Both the position numbers and the translations under genes were made by a program. Of a stretch of 64,000 bases of DNA, positions 29,739-39,515 are shown piece by piece (within the stretch, counting starts at the first letter, position 1; the number at the start of each line of letters is the position of its first letter). Under the pieces are notes generated by a model. The model was given only the letters and a program-made list of their open reading frames with translations. It had not been told where the DNA came from and did no database searches. Source of the stretch: Candidatus Krumholzibacteriia bacterium (GTDB taxonomy: Bacteria; Krumholzibacteriota; Krumholzibacteriia; LZORAL124-64-63); NCBI GenBank assembly GCA_046484865.1, contig JAWOID010000135.1, forward strand, positions 1 to 64,000. The letters are read 5' to 3'.

Positions 29739-31600
29739 TTGCCGTTCTGCTGCTCCGTCGACGACAGGATCCAGTCCGCCACCAGATCGAGCACGGCGGG
29801 GCTCATCGTCTCGTCGATATTGGCGTACTCCAGAACCATGCCGGTGTCGGCCGTCTGGAAGAGATGGTTCAGTCCCGGCATCTTCCTGACCGTGACCTCA
29901 GTGTTGCCACCTGCAGCCAGGGCCGCCGCCACCGCGGCGAGGTTCTCGTCGGCAGGCACCTGCAGGTCCTTCTCGCCGGTGACCGCAAGCACGGGGACGG
30001 TGACCTTCTCGAGCACCGGCCTCGGGTCGTGCGCCAGGAAGAAGCGTATCCAGGGCGTGAGAGATCCGCGCAAGGCCTCGGGCGTAGGCTCGGCGCCCTC
30101 GCTGATCGTCAGGCGCTCGGCCTCGGGAAGCGCAGCCATCACCTCGCGCCAGTGGCGCTGCAGCGTGGCCACGGCCGTGTCCGGATCCGTCTCCGTCATC
30201 AGCACCGGCAGCGTGCGTCGCAGCAGGTCCGCCTGGGCGGCGAGCGCCGACTCGCTGGCTCCCATGGCGCGGGAGTGCAGCTCGCTCTGCGCGAGTATGA
30301 TCTCGTCGCCGGGCAGCCCTGGCGCGGCCAGCAGGACCAGGAAGGCCACGGCGCTCGAGCGCGCGGCCACCAGCGGTCCGACGAGGCCGCCCTCGCTATG
30401 CCCGAGGATGCCCGTACACCCACCGGCGACCTCTGGCAGCTGACTCAAGTACTCGAGAGCGGCCAGCGCGTCGGCAGCGAAGTCCTCGGTGGTGGCTGCG
30501 GCGAAGTCGCCGGTGGAGGCGCCGACCCCGCGATCGTCCAGCCTCAGGACCGCGATGCCGCGGCGGGTGAGATGATCCGCCAGCACCAGGAAAGGCCTGT
30601 GCCCGAACACGGTCTCGTCCCGGTCCTGCGGTCCGGATCCGCTGACCAGCAGCACCGCCGGCACTGGTCCCTCCCCTCGCGGCAGCGTGAGTGTACCGGC
30701 CAGCTTCACGCCCTCGTCACCACCGGGCAACGACACCTCGTGCGCCTCGTACGGAAACGGCGGCTGCGGTTCCTGCGGTCGCTGCGCCGTGGTCACCGTT
30801 TCGGTGCGTGCCAGCTCGAGCGGCATCTCGAACCCGTGCTGTCTCAAGATACCGTTGAAAGCTCGCCCGCCGTGGGCGCGCAACCCCTCGTACGAGGCGT
30901 CCAGGCTGGCCGCCGTCCAGCGCAGGGTGTCTCCGGCCAGACTGATGGACGACATCGGGATGTCGGCGGCACCCTGGTCGGGACTCGCCAGGGTGGCCCG
31001 GCGCCGCCCTGAACCGTCCGCCGGTGGTTCCACCTCGAGCACGAGACGCAGCGACATCCCCGTGGGCAATTTGAGATCACCCTGCCACAGCCCCTCCAGC
31101 TCGGCGGGGATCTCCGGCCCGGCAGCCGCGGCCGACACCGTCGCGTCATCGCGAACCTGCCGCACGAAGGTTGCCGGTAGCCTGCCGGTCTGGATCCAGT
31201 GGCCGGTCATCTGTTCGCCGGTGGCGTCGAGCCGGCCTTCGAAGCGCGCGTTCAGCCGGTGCATCGCGAACGTGACGGTCCGGTCCTTCTTCAGCCGGAA
31301 TGAATCGATGGCCAGCCCCGTGGCGCGTTGATCGGGGCTGTCGAGGGTGGCACGCCAGCCCTTTCCGCCCCTGGCAGGCTTCACGTGCAGCACCAGATGC
31401 AGCTCGCCGGCGCCAGGAACATCGAGAGTGGCATGCCAGTCGCCGGTCGGGTCCGGCTCCGCGGCGGCGGCCGGCAGCACGCCGCATGGCGGCGCGAACG
31501 CGGCGAACAGCAGAGCAAGCACACAGACCGCGGTGGCGGACAGGCGCAGGGAGAAGAATTCGACCCGGCAATGACGGTAGAGATCGACCTGTGAACGCAC
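29735..31600 (-). CDS. secreted alpha/beta-hydrolase (S9/S33-like) with two N-terminal beta domains
   Basis: LAGTLTLP, SGSGPQDRDE, DDRGVG.S.G, GHSEGG nucleophile, GEKDLQV, LNHLFQ; duplicated W..L...L.LVL.V...ATL.SPDQ module; start GTG 31600 (or 31609). Confidence 0.9.
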   Translation of the reverse strand: MRSQVDLYRHCRVEFFSLRLSATAVCVLALLFAAFAPPCGVLPAAAAEPDPTGDWHATLDVPGAGELHLVLHVKPARGGKGWRATLDSPDQRATGLAIDSFRLKKDRTVTFAMHRLNARFEGRLDATGEQMTGHWIQTGRLPATFVRQVRDDATVSAAAAGPEIPAELEGLWQGDLKLPTGMSLRLVLEVEPPADGSGRRRATLASPDQGAADIPMSSISLAGDTLRWTAASLDASYEGLRAHGGRAFNGILRQHGFEMPLELARTETVTTAQRPQEPQPPFPYEAHEVSLPGGDEGVKLAGTLTLPRGEGPVPAVLLVSGSGPQDRDETVFGHRPFLVLADHLTRRGIAVLRLDDRGVGASTGDFAAATTEDFAADALAALEYLSQLPEVAGGCTGILGHSEGGLVGPLVAARSSAVAFLVLLAAPGLPGDEIILAQSELHSRAMGASESALAAQADLLRRTLPVLMTETDPDTAVATLQRHWREVMAALPEAERLTISEGAEPTPEALRGSLTPWIRFFLAHDPRPVLEKVTVPVLAVTGEKDLQVPADENLAAVAAALAAGGNTEVTVRKMPGLNHLFQTADTGMVLEYANIDETMSPAVLDLVADWILSSTEQQNGN

Positions 31601-31687
31601 CCGGTACACCTCCGCACTGACGACCCCGGCTCCGAGTGACTCTCCGACCGGCTCCCCGTCGACTTTCTCGCCGGCCGGTACTCCAGT

Positions 31688-32848
31688 CTACTCCAGAACA
31701 ACGGGCGGATGGTGCACCACCATCTCGTCACCGTCAGTTAGGAAGTAGACCTGCAGGCGGAGACTCCCGTCCGGTTCCACGTCCACCAGGGCGTACTGAT
31801 TGGTCTCCGTGTCGAGCATGGCCTCCACCTGTTCGATCTTCCATCGATCCAGGTTCTCGAAGCCGCGCGTCAGGAAGAACCTCTGTTCGTGGCCGGTGAT
31901 GTCCTGCACCCGGCGCTCGCTCGCGCCGAACCAGAGGAAGCTGTCGCGCGGCCGCCCCGACACGTTCACCACGTGCAGCATGCGGCCGTCGTCGCGCTCC
32001 AGGCGGAAGCGCTCGTAGGTGTGGGTGTGACCCACCACCACCAGGTCCACGCCGGCGTCGGCGAGCACGTCGGGAAGCCGGCGGCCGGCGATCTTCACGT
32101 TCCAGAGACCGCGCGCGGTCGCCATGTGCTTGCGCGAACTCTGCACGAAGGGGTGGTGCATGGCCACGACGAGGGTGCGATCCGGCGGCACGTCCTCGAG
32201 TTGCTCCTGGAACCAGTCGAACTGCTGCTGCGCGTAGCTGCCGGGCTCCGGCTGCTCCACGAACCGGGCCCGTCCGTCGGGACCATACGCCAGAACGTTC
32301 GTGTCGAGCACGATGAACGTGACCGGCCCCACGTCCTTGCGGTAGTACATGCGGTTGGGCCCGAAGTCCTCGTCCAGGCGGGCCAAGAACTTCACGGTAT
32401 TCTGGATCGCCTGCGGATACACGTTGTCGTGCACCTCGTGGTTGCCCACCGCCACCAGGTACGGCCAGTCGGAGATCGGCTCGAGGATGCCCTTCAACAT
32501 GTGCCACTGGTCGCTGAAGCGACCGTCGTCGACGCAGTCACCCGTGTCCATGACGAAGAGCATGCGGTCGTCGTCGGCGAAGTCGGCGGCAATGGTCTTG
32601 ATCATGCTCTGCCACTCGCCGTCGGCCATGGCGCGCTGGTCGCCGAAGACCACGAAACGGAAACCGGCGTCCGGCGGCGGGTCGAGCTCGGCCGCCCGTT
32701 CCTCCACCGTGGGATGGTCGAGGGTCTCCACGGGCTGGTCCGACGTCTCGGGCCAGACGCTCGAACAGCCGGAGACCAGGAGCAGAAGCGGCCAGAGGAT
32801 CGTCGCGACTGCGATCCGCCGGCTCCGGCCCTGATGTGTGCGTCCCAT
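31688..32848 (-). CDS. calcineurin-like metallophosphoesterase lipoprotein
   Basis: Lipobox LVSGC; FGD, TGD, GNHE, HHP, GHTH motifs; ATG 32848. Confidence 0.88.
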   Translation of the reverse strand: MGRTHQGRSRRIAVATILWPLLLLVSGCSSVWPETSDQPVETLDHPTVEERAAELDPPPDAGFRFVVFGDQRAMADGEWQSMIKTIAADFADDDRMLFVMDTGDCVDDGRFSDQWHMLKGILEPISDWPYLVAVGNHEVHDNVYPQAIQNTVKFLARLDEDFGPNRMYYRKDVGPVTFIVLDTNVLAYGPDGRARFVEQPEPGSYAQQQFDWFQEQLEDVPPDRTLVVAMHHPFVQSSRKHMATARGLWNVKIAGRRLPDVLADAGVDLVVVGHTHTYERFRLERDDGRMLHVVNVSGRPRDSFLWFGASERRVQDITGHEQRFFLTRGFENLDRWKIEQVEAMLDTETNQYALVDVEPDGSLRLQVYFLTDGDEMVVHHPPVVLE

Positions 32849-33066
32849 GATCGTCCCTTCGCGCAGAAAAGCCGCCCCCCGGGTCCCCGCCGGCCTCACG
32901 CGGCCACCCGGGCGCCGGAGCGCATCGGTTCTCAAGGTAGAAACGCTCCGGACCTGCGCCACCATGGCCAGGGTCGCCGCTCTGGTGCAACCCGGCGTGC
33001 GGTCGCTCGTATGGTCCCAGAGCGACGATCCGCACCCTGGCCAGCCCGCCAACCGCGAGGACTTCC

Positions 33067-34365
33067 ATGAGAACGAACCTGGTCGGACCTGAACACTGCC
33101 GGCGACAGGTGGGCGGACGCTTGCACCTGCTCGTGGTGCTCGCCGTGGCCGTCTGGCTGCCCCTGGTCGCGACTGCGGCTAACGCCCGATCGGCCCCCAC
33201 CACACCCTCCTCCGCCCCGGTCGTCACCAGCGAGGCGCCCCTGCTGCCGCCGCGCACCATCACCCTGGTCGAGGAATGGCGCGCCGGGGGCGAGGACGGC
33301 GACATCTTCTTCGGCATGGTGGTGGGCACCGTGGCGGACGGCGAGGGCAACGTCTACGTGCTCGACAGTCAGCTGGCACAGGTGGAGGTCTTCGCTCCCG
33401 ACGGCGCCCACCTGCGCACCCTCGGCGGCGAGGGCGACGGCCCCGGCGAGGTGCGCGCCCCTCAGGCGGTGAGCTTCCTGAGCGACGGCACCCTGGGCAT
33501 CGTGAAGTTCTTTCCCGGCGAGATCGTGCGACTCACTCCGGACGGCATACCGCAGACCTCCATCCATCTCACCCCGGCCGCCGACGGCGGCAAGGCCCAG
33601 ACCGGCGAGGTGGCTGCGTTCGGCATGGAATGCCGCGGCGGCACCCTGCTGGTGGCCGGTCAGCGCTCGGTCCCGAGCGAGGTCGGATCCTCGCGCCGCC
33701 ACTTCCTCGCGCGCTTCTCGTCCACCGGCGAGGAACTGGTGCGCTACCGGGAGCACGACATGGAGCTGGACTTCAATGCCTTCCGCTTCGTCGAGAGCAC
33801 GATCCTGCCGGCGTTCCTGCTGACCAGCGCCGTCAGTCCCGACGGCGAGGTCTACACGCCGGCCGGCCGCGACCGCTATGCCGTCGAGGTCTACGCCGCT
33901 GACGGTGCCCTGGAGCGCGTGATCGAGCGCCGCGACCGGCCGCGGCGGCGCACCGATCGCGAGCGACGGCGCATGAACGCCCTGGTGGACGCCTGGGGGC
34001 AGGGTATCCCGTACGAGGTGCCGCGTGAGTTCGACGTCTTCGAGCCGCCGATCACGGAGTTGTTCGTGGATCGCGACGGCATCCTCTGGGTCCAGCATGC
34101 CCGTAGCGGCTTCGATCAGAAGGACGGCGTATTCCTGACCTACGACACCTTCGATCGCGACGGCCGCTGGCTGCAGGAAGTCTCCGTGGTGGCGGAGGGC
34201 GACCCGACCTACGACGGCGTGAAGTTCCTGGACGACGGGCGTGCGCTGTTGATCAAGGGGTACGTGCTGGCGCGCTGGGCGAGCCGCGGCGCCCGGAACG
34301 CCACGTTCGACGAGGACGAGGAGCCCGGCGCCATCGAGATCATCGGCTGCCGCGTGGTGGACTAG
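33067..34365 (+). CDS. secreted 6-bladed beta-propeller (NHL-like) protein
   Basis: Signal peptide; DGEGNVYVLD...VFAPDG..LRTLGGEGDGPGE blade motif; DRDGILWV, YDTFDRDG. Confidence 0.82.
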   Translation: MRTNLVGPEHCRRQVGGRLHLLVVLAVAVWLPLVATAANARSAPTTPSSAPVVTSEAPLLPPRTITLVEEWRAGGEDGDIFFGMVVGTVADGEGNVYVLDSQLAQVEVFAPDGAHLRTLGGEGDGPGEVRAPQAVSFLSDGTLGIVKFFPGEIVRLTPDGIPQTSIHLTPAADGGKAQTGEVAAFGMECRGGTLLVAGQRSVPSEVGSSRRHFLARFSSTGEELVRYREHDMELDFNAFRFVESTILPAFLLTSAVSPDGEVYTPAGRDRYAVEVYAADGALERVIERRDRPRRRTDRERRRMNALVDAWGQGIPYEVPREFDVFEPPITELFVDRDGILWVQHARSGFDQKDGVFLTYDTFDRDGRWLQEVSVVAEGDPTYDGVKFLDDGRALLIKGYVLARWASRGARNATFDEDEEPGAIEIIGCRVVD

Positions 34366-34372
34366 GCTCTGC

Positions 34373-34415
34373 CTGGGGGCCCCGGGGCCCCAGACACAAT
34401 TTCGCTGGCACAACC
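34373..34415. repeat. REP-like element copy 2
   Basis: Hairpin CTGGGG..CCCCAG plus AGACACAATTTCGCTGGCA identical to 172-190; again between convergent genes. Confidence 0.7.
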
Positions 34416-34422
34416 CGGGTCG

Positions 34423-35709
34423 TCAGGACAGATCCCGCCGCACGACGTCGGCCAGCACCGACAGCCCGTCGTCCAGCTGCCGGTCGCTGAGGTAGGGTGC
34501 CGGTCCCAGGCGCAGCGCCGGCCCGCGGTGGTCGGTCCACACGCCACGCGCCCGTAGCGCGCTGCAGATGTCCGCCGCACGCGGGGCGGTCAACACGAGG
34601 AAGCCCCCCAGGCCGTCCAGCGGCACGTCGCGGTTGCGGGTGATCACCCGCGGGTCCAGATCCAGTGCGTCGAAACCGCTCGCCAGCCGTCCCACCTGGT
34701 GCTGGCTGATCACGCGCAGGGCGGTCGGATCGAGCCCCTGTTCGGCGAAGAAGCGCAGGACGGCGGCAGCCCGGTAATGGCTCACCGGCTCGTAGGTCGC
34801 GCCGGCGAATCGCGCCGCGCCGCGCCCGTAGCGCACCCGAGCCGCACGATCGGAGCTGCCGGCCGCGGCTCCCGCGTCCCCGGGCCCCTCGGCCACGGCT
34901 GCCCCGGTGCGGGCCCCCTCGCCCCCGGCGTCCATCTCCTGCAGGTCGGCGAACTCCGCGAACCAGCCGGTGATCGCCGGGCGCAGGCGGCAGTCCGGCG
35001 GCAGCCGCAGGAACCCGCAGCCCTCGCCGAACTGACAATACTTGTAGCCGGCGCCGGTCACGTAGGCGCCGGCGAGCCCTTCCGCGCGCACCGAGAACGT
35101 GGTGATGTTCACCGCATGATAGGCGTCCACCAGCAGTTCGGCGCCCACGCGGGCGCAGGCCTCCATCACCTGAGCCAGCCCCCGCACGATGCGGCCGCTC
35201 TGGAAGAGCACCGCCGACACCAGCACGGCGGCGGTCCGCCCGTCGACGCGGGCGGCGAGCCGCGCCGCCAGGTCGGCGACCGGCTCGGCCGGCACCTTCA
35301 CCACCTCCAGCCGCTCCTCGGCGAGACGGTCGAGTTGCCGGCGGATGCTGTGGAACTCGCCCGAGGTGGTCACCAGGACGGGCCGGCGACCGAGCGGCAA
35401 GGCCGAGAGCCAACGCACCAGCAGTTCGTGCGTGTTCGGAGCCAGCGCGTAGTCACCGTCGGGATCGTCCAGCAGGCGGGCGTAGCCTCGCCCCACCTCG
35501 TCGGCCACGGCGAAGGCCCGCGGCCACTTCTCGTCCACGTGCTCGGCCGCATCGAGCCAGGCCTGCTGCTGGGCCTCGAAGGCCACGTCCGGCCAGGCCT
35601 GGTGCGAGTGGCCGGTGAGCAGGATGCGCTCGGCCACATGAAAACGCTGGTAGTGACGGGCCAGGGGGGCCGGGTGGCCGGCGAGGGAGGCGATGCGGTC
35701 GTCGTTCAT
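34423..35709 (-). CDS. kynU: kynureninase-like PLP aminotransferase class V
   Basis: LLTGHSHQAWPD, EFHS, LVDAYH, GAGYKY, PAITGWF, RFAGAT, LRLGPAPY; ATG 35709. Confidence 0.78.
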   Translation of the reverse strand: MNDDRIASLAGHPAPLARHYQRFHVAERILLTGHSHQAWPDVAFEAQQQAWLDAAEHVDEKWPRAFAVADEVGRGYARLLDDPDGDYALAPNTHELLVRWLSALPLGRRPVLVTTSGEFHSIRRQLDRLAEERLEVVKVPAEPVADLAARLAARVDGRTAAVLVSAVLFQSGRIVRGLAQVMEACARVGAELLVDAYHAVNITTFSVRAEGLAGAYVTGAGYKYCQFGEGCGFLRLPPDCRLRPAITGWFAEFADLQEMDAGGEGARTGAAVAEGPGDAGAAAGSSDRAARVRYGRGAARFAGATYEPVSHYRAAAVLRFFAEQGLDPTALRVISQHQVGRLASGFDALDLDPRVITRNRDVPLDGLGGFLVLTAPRAADICSALRARGVWTDHRGPALRLGPAPYLSDRQLDDGLSVLADVVRRDLS

Positions 35710-35780
35710 GCGGCACCTCGGTTGCGAGTTGACGCGAGGATAGCCGCAGTCCGCTGCCTCGACAAGCACCCGCAGCGGTT

Positions 35781-35880
35781 CCGGAGCCCCGTTTCGGGGT
35801 GCGCCGGACGCCGTTTCAGGTGCCCCGACTCCGTCCCGGGGTGCACCGGACGCCGTTTCAGGTGTCCCGCCTCCGCCTCA
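35781..35880. repeat. 21/42-bp tandem repeat in the kynU-mauG intergenic space
   Basis: GGGGTGC.CCGGACGCCGTTTCAGGTG.CCCG.CTCCG units at 35796 and 35838. Confidence 0.75.
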
Positions 35881-37131
35881 GGGCCCGCCGGCCGCGGTCT
35901 CGATGTCCGGGGCATCGGCGCCCGTCGCCGGCCCGTGATTGCCGATTCCGCCGCTGCGGGCATCGGCGATCAGTTCGGCCACCTGGGAACCGGTCAACGA
36001 CTCCAGGAACGCCACCAGGTCTGCGATCTCGCCCTCGTCCAGATCGAGGGGAGCGATGAGGGAGTCGAGCCCGGAATGGGGCACGCCGCCGGCCGCGTAG
36101 AAGCGCACCACCTCTTCGAGCGTGCGCAGCGAACCGTCGTGCATGTAGGGGGCGGTCAGCGCCACGTTCCGCAGGGTCGGCGTGCGAAACCGGTGGCGGT
36201 CGTCGGGGTCGGCCGTCACCTCGAAACGCCCGAGGTCGGCCGGGCGGCGCTCGCCGACGCTCTCCACGACGGCGCGCGCCACGGTGACGAGGACGCCCGG
36301 CGCAACCTGAACGCGGACCGATCCGGCCTGCGCCGCGGCCGTGACTGCCCGGAACCCGATACCGGTGTCATGGAATTCGCCGTCGGAGAACAGTGCATGG
36401 TCATCGGCGATGGTGTGGCAACGCACGCAGCCGGCGTCGCCCGTGAAGAGGGCGAACCCGCGCCGCTGAGCCGTTGTCAACGCATCGCGGTCCCCTCCGA
36501 AATGCCAGCGGTCGAACGGCGCATCCGCCGCCAGGAGGGTGCGCTCCCAGGCGGCGATGGCGCGGCCGATCGCCTCCGCCGACGGTTCGGTTCCGCAGGC
36601 GTTCGCGAAGAGGCTCCGGTACTCCGGCAGTTCCTGCAACCGTTCCACCACGTCGTCGAGCGCCGGGTTCGCCATCTCCTCGGGCGCCGTCAACGGCACG
36701 AGGGCCTGCGACTCGAGCGTCGACTCGCGCCCGTCGTGGAAGAGCCGGTCCAGGTACGCGGCGTTCAGCACCGTCGGCGCGTTGCGCCGCACGCTGCGGC
36801 CGCCCACCCCCACCGGCGTGGCCAGTTCGTTGCTCGTGAACCCCTGTTCGGGGATGTGGCACATGCCGCAGGACACGGTGCCGTTCACCGACAGGCGCCG
36901 GTCGAAGAAGAGCTTGCGCCCGAGGGCGATCAGCTCGGCGTTCGGGTCCTCGCCCGCCGGCAGCGGCACCGGCGGCAGGCCCAGCTGCAGCGACGAGAGC
37001 CGGTCCATCGCGCGCACGTCGAACTCCGTCGTCATGGAGGAGAAGCTGCTTCTCGCCGCGACGCCCAGCACGATGGCCAGCGCCCCGACCAGCGCGATGA
37101 CGAGACCCCCGGCTCGCCGGCGAGGCGTCAC
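35878..37131 (-). CDS. di-heme cytochrome c peroxidase / MauG family protein
   Basis: LGRKLFFD.RLS, CGMCH and CVRCH heme sites, RNAPT, FRTPTLRNV.LTAPYMHDG; GTG 37131 overlaps SCO stop (GTGA). Confidence 0.9.
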   Translation of the reverse strand: MTPRRRAGGLVIALVGALAIVLGVAARSSFSSMTTEFDVRAMDRLSSLQLGLPPVPLPAGEDPNAELIALGRKLFFDRRLSVNGTVSCGMCHIPEQGFTSNELATPVGVGGRSVRRNAPTVLNAAYLDRLFHDGRESTLESQALVPLTAPEEMANPALDDVVERLQELPEYRSLFANACGTEPSAEAIGRAIAAWERTLLAADAPFDRWHFGGDRDALTTAQRRGFALFTGDAGCVRCHTIADDHALFSDGEFHDTGIGFRAVTAAAQAGSVRVQVAPGVLVTVARAVVESVGERRPADLGRFEVTADPDDRHRFRTPTLRNVALTAPYMHDGSLRTLEEVVRFYAAGGVPHSGLDSLIAPLDLDEGEIADLVAFLESLTGSQVAELIADARSGGIGNHGPATGADAPDIETAAGGP

Positions 37132-37928
37132 CGTGACGCTCCTTCCGCCTCCTCCTCCAACAGCAGCGTCCTCACGTCCGCCAGCACCAGCCGGGGGTCG
37201 AGTTGCCCGAAGCTGTAGATGTTGCGGATGTTCCCGGCGCGGTCCACCAGGTACACCCGCAGCACGTGGTAGAGCGCACCGGTCGGGTCGGCGGGGTCCT
37301 TCTTGCGGTCCACCCGCTGCCCGTACGAGGCGAGGATCGGCGCCAGCTGCTCCTGGCCCGCCGTGGTCAGGAACAGCCATTCCGCACCCTGGCCGTCGGG
37401 GGCCAGCCCGCGACCATAGCGCGCCATCACGCTGGGAGTGTCGGTCTCGGGGTCGAAGCTGAAGGTCACCAGGCGCAGGCTGTCGGTCAGCCGCGCGTCC
37501 CGTGCGCTGAGCTTGTGGATGCGGTAGAGCACACCCGTCGCCAGGGGGCAGGCGCGAGGGTCGGCGCAGCTGGTGTAGATGAAGCTCACCAGCGAGATGC
37601 GTCCGGCCAGGACATCCCGCAGCTGCCGGCGGCCCCGGTCGGCCACCAGGACCTCGCCGTCGCCGGCCGGTTCGATCACCGGCAGCGTGTAGGTGCCCGG
37701 AACGGGCGGATCGTAGTCGTACACCTCGGTGCGGCCGAGGGCGAGCTCGGGGCGGTCGATCTCCGCGACGCCCGGCGTCGTCGCCCCGGTGGAGATCGGC
37801 TCGCCCGCCGGCACGGCTGAAGCTGGCGGCGCGCCCGGGTCCGGCGAGACCACGCTCGGCGGTACCAGCGCGAACACGCCGCCGAGCCCGAGTCCGAGCA
37901 CGATCAGAGCGATGCTCTTGCTCGTCAC
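37128..37928 (-). CDS. SCO1/SenC-family copper chaperone
   Basis: N-terminal TM, FIYTSCADPRACP, SFDPETDTP, WLFLT, H.LRVYLVD. Confidence 0.88.
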   Translation of the reverse strand: MTSKSIALIVLGLGLGGVFALVPPSVVSPDPGAPPASAVPAGEPISTGATTPGVAEIDRPELALGRTEVYDYDPPVPGTYTLPVIEPAGDGEVLVADRGRRQLRDVLAGRISLVSFIYTSCADPRACPLATGVLYRIHKLSARDARLTDSLRLVTFSFDPETDTPSVMARYGRGLAPDGQGAEWLFLTTAGQEQLAPILASYGQRVDRKKDPADPTGALYHVLRVYLVDRAGNIRNIYSFGQLDPRLVLADVRTLLLEEEAEGASR

Positions 37929-37941
37929 GTCGGCACCTCCC

Positions 37942-39306
37942 TCACTGGTACACGCTGGCCGACCCGAATCGCATGAGGTGCGGGCGACCGAGCTGCTCCG
38001 CGTTGAAGTCCAGCGCGAACAGCGGGTCCAGCTTCTCGCCGTCCCAGTCGTACGCTTTCAGGTACTGCTCGTTGTCCTCGCCCTTCTTGTCCCAGTTGGC
38101 CAGCAGCGAACTGGTGAAGTAGACGCGGCGGCCGTCCCAGCTCTGCGAGACCATGTTGACCTGCCGGCCGATCTCCTCCTCGAAGACCTGGCGCGGGTTG
38201 AAGGGATCGGACACGTCGAAGGCGCGGGCCTTGCCGTCCATGAACGTGGTCACCCACAGCATGCTGTCGTCGGCGCTGATGCTGAGGTCCACCGGCAGCG
38301 GGATCTTCTCCGGATCGCCGATGTCGCACACCGCGGTGGCATGCCACCTCTCGTCCTCGTCGGCGTGGATCACCCAGAGCTTGGACGTGAGCGCCGCGGC
38401 GGTGAAGGCGTAGTCGTGGCGGGGTCCCAGTGCCCAGCGGATCTCCAGGGGAGCGCCGGGCACGTGGAACACCTGGCGTGGCTGGCGCGTGTGAAGGTTC
38501 CAGAGCACCACCGTCTGGCCGAAGCGCTGCATGGCCTCCTCGTCCTGGAGCATCTGGCCGAAGTCCATCATGTAGTTGGACCACCCGGTGAAGCTCGAGG
38601 AGAGCATGACGTTCTTGCGCGGCAGCACGCGTACGTCGTAGCCGTAGCCGTCGGCCACCTGTTCGATGCTGGCGCCGTTCGGCTCGTCGTCCGTGGGCAC
38701 CCAGTGCGTGGCGATGTGGCGGCCGTCGGTGGTGTATTCCACCAGCGCGGTGCGCCCGCCATGATCACGGTCGTTGGACAGGGCGGAGATGAGCATCCGT
38801 CCGGGCAGCGCGTAGATGCCGTGCGGCCCCACGGCCCCGCCGGTGGCCCGCGTGAAATCGGTGATCGTCTTGACCAGCTTCGGCCGCGCCGGGTCGGTGC
38901 GGACGTCGAAGACGAAGATGTGGCTGGAGTCGAGACCGCCCAGCCAGAGATGGCTGCGGTCGTCGGACAGGCCGCCGTGGTGCGCTTCGTGGCGGCCGCC
39001 CACGGACGCGACGTGCACCACCTGTCCGAACGTGGGCGAGCCGGGCCGCGCGTCGACGGTCACGAGCTTGTCCGAGCCGTCGCCCATCCCCTCCACGCCC
39101 AGCGTCCAGACGTACACGTACTCCTCCTGGCCGGTGATCTTGGGCAGGTACGGCGACTGGCAGGTCTCGTCCGCCGGCGCCACGGCGACCGTGCCGAGCA
39201 CCGTGCCCACGATGATCGCGAGGATGCCGAGAGGTCGGACGCCGTGGCATTCGACGAAGGAGAGGAAACGGCAGGGCCGGTTCGATCGAAGACTTGCGCG
39301 GTTCAT
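37942..39306 (-). CDS. mtoX: methanethiol oxidase (SBP56/SELENBP1 family), exported
   Basis: Signal peptide then DETCQSPY..KITGQEEYVYVWTLG, HEAHH, GPH..YALPGR, FTGWSNYM, SQSWDG, SSLLANWDK; followed by sco and mauG; AGGAG RBS before ATG 39306. Confidence 0.85.
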   Translation of the reverse strand: MNRASLRSNRPCRFLSFVECHGVRPLGILAIIVGTVLGTVAVAPADETCQSPYLPKITGQEEYVYVWTLGVEGMGDGSDKLVTVDARPGSPTFGQVVHVASVGGRHEAHHGGLSDDRSHLWLGGLDSSHIFVFDVRTDPARPKLVKTITDFTRATGGAVGPHGIYALPGRMLISALSNDRDHGGRTALVEYTTDGRHIATHWVPTDDEPNGASIEQVADGYGYDVRVLPRKNVMLSSSFTGWSNYMMDFGQMLQDEEAMQRFGQTVVLWNLHTRQPRQVFHVPGAPLEIRWALGPRHDYAFTAAALTSKLWVIHADEDERWHATAVCDIGDPEKIPLPVDLSISADDSMLWVTTFMDGKARAFDVSDPFNPRQVFEEEIGRQVNMVSQSWDGRRVYFTSSLLANWDKKGEDNEQYLKAYDWDGEKLDPLFALDFNAEQLGRPHLMRFGSASVYQ

Positions 39307-39515
39307 CGTGAACTCCTTTCCGGGACCGGACCGGCTCCGCCGGGAAGCGCTGCCGTCACCCCGCATGTATCGAATTGACGGATGTATGTAGGACGAAGTT
39401 CGTATAGTATGTGGAGTCGAGGACGGGCAGCCATGATCGACACCCCGGAATTCTTGACCGAGACGCCGCCGCCGGAGGGGACCGGCGGCGTCGGCGCTGA
39501 CCGTGGGAGGGCGCC

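Noticed and set aside
34423..35709. Functional link between kynureninase and TTQ biogenesis of MtoX
   Set aside because: TTQ forms from protein Trp residues; adjacency across a repeat-filled gap is not evidence
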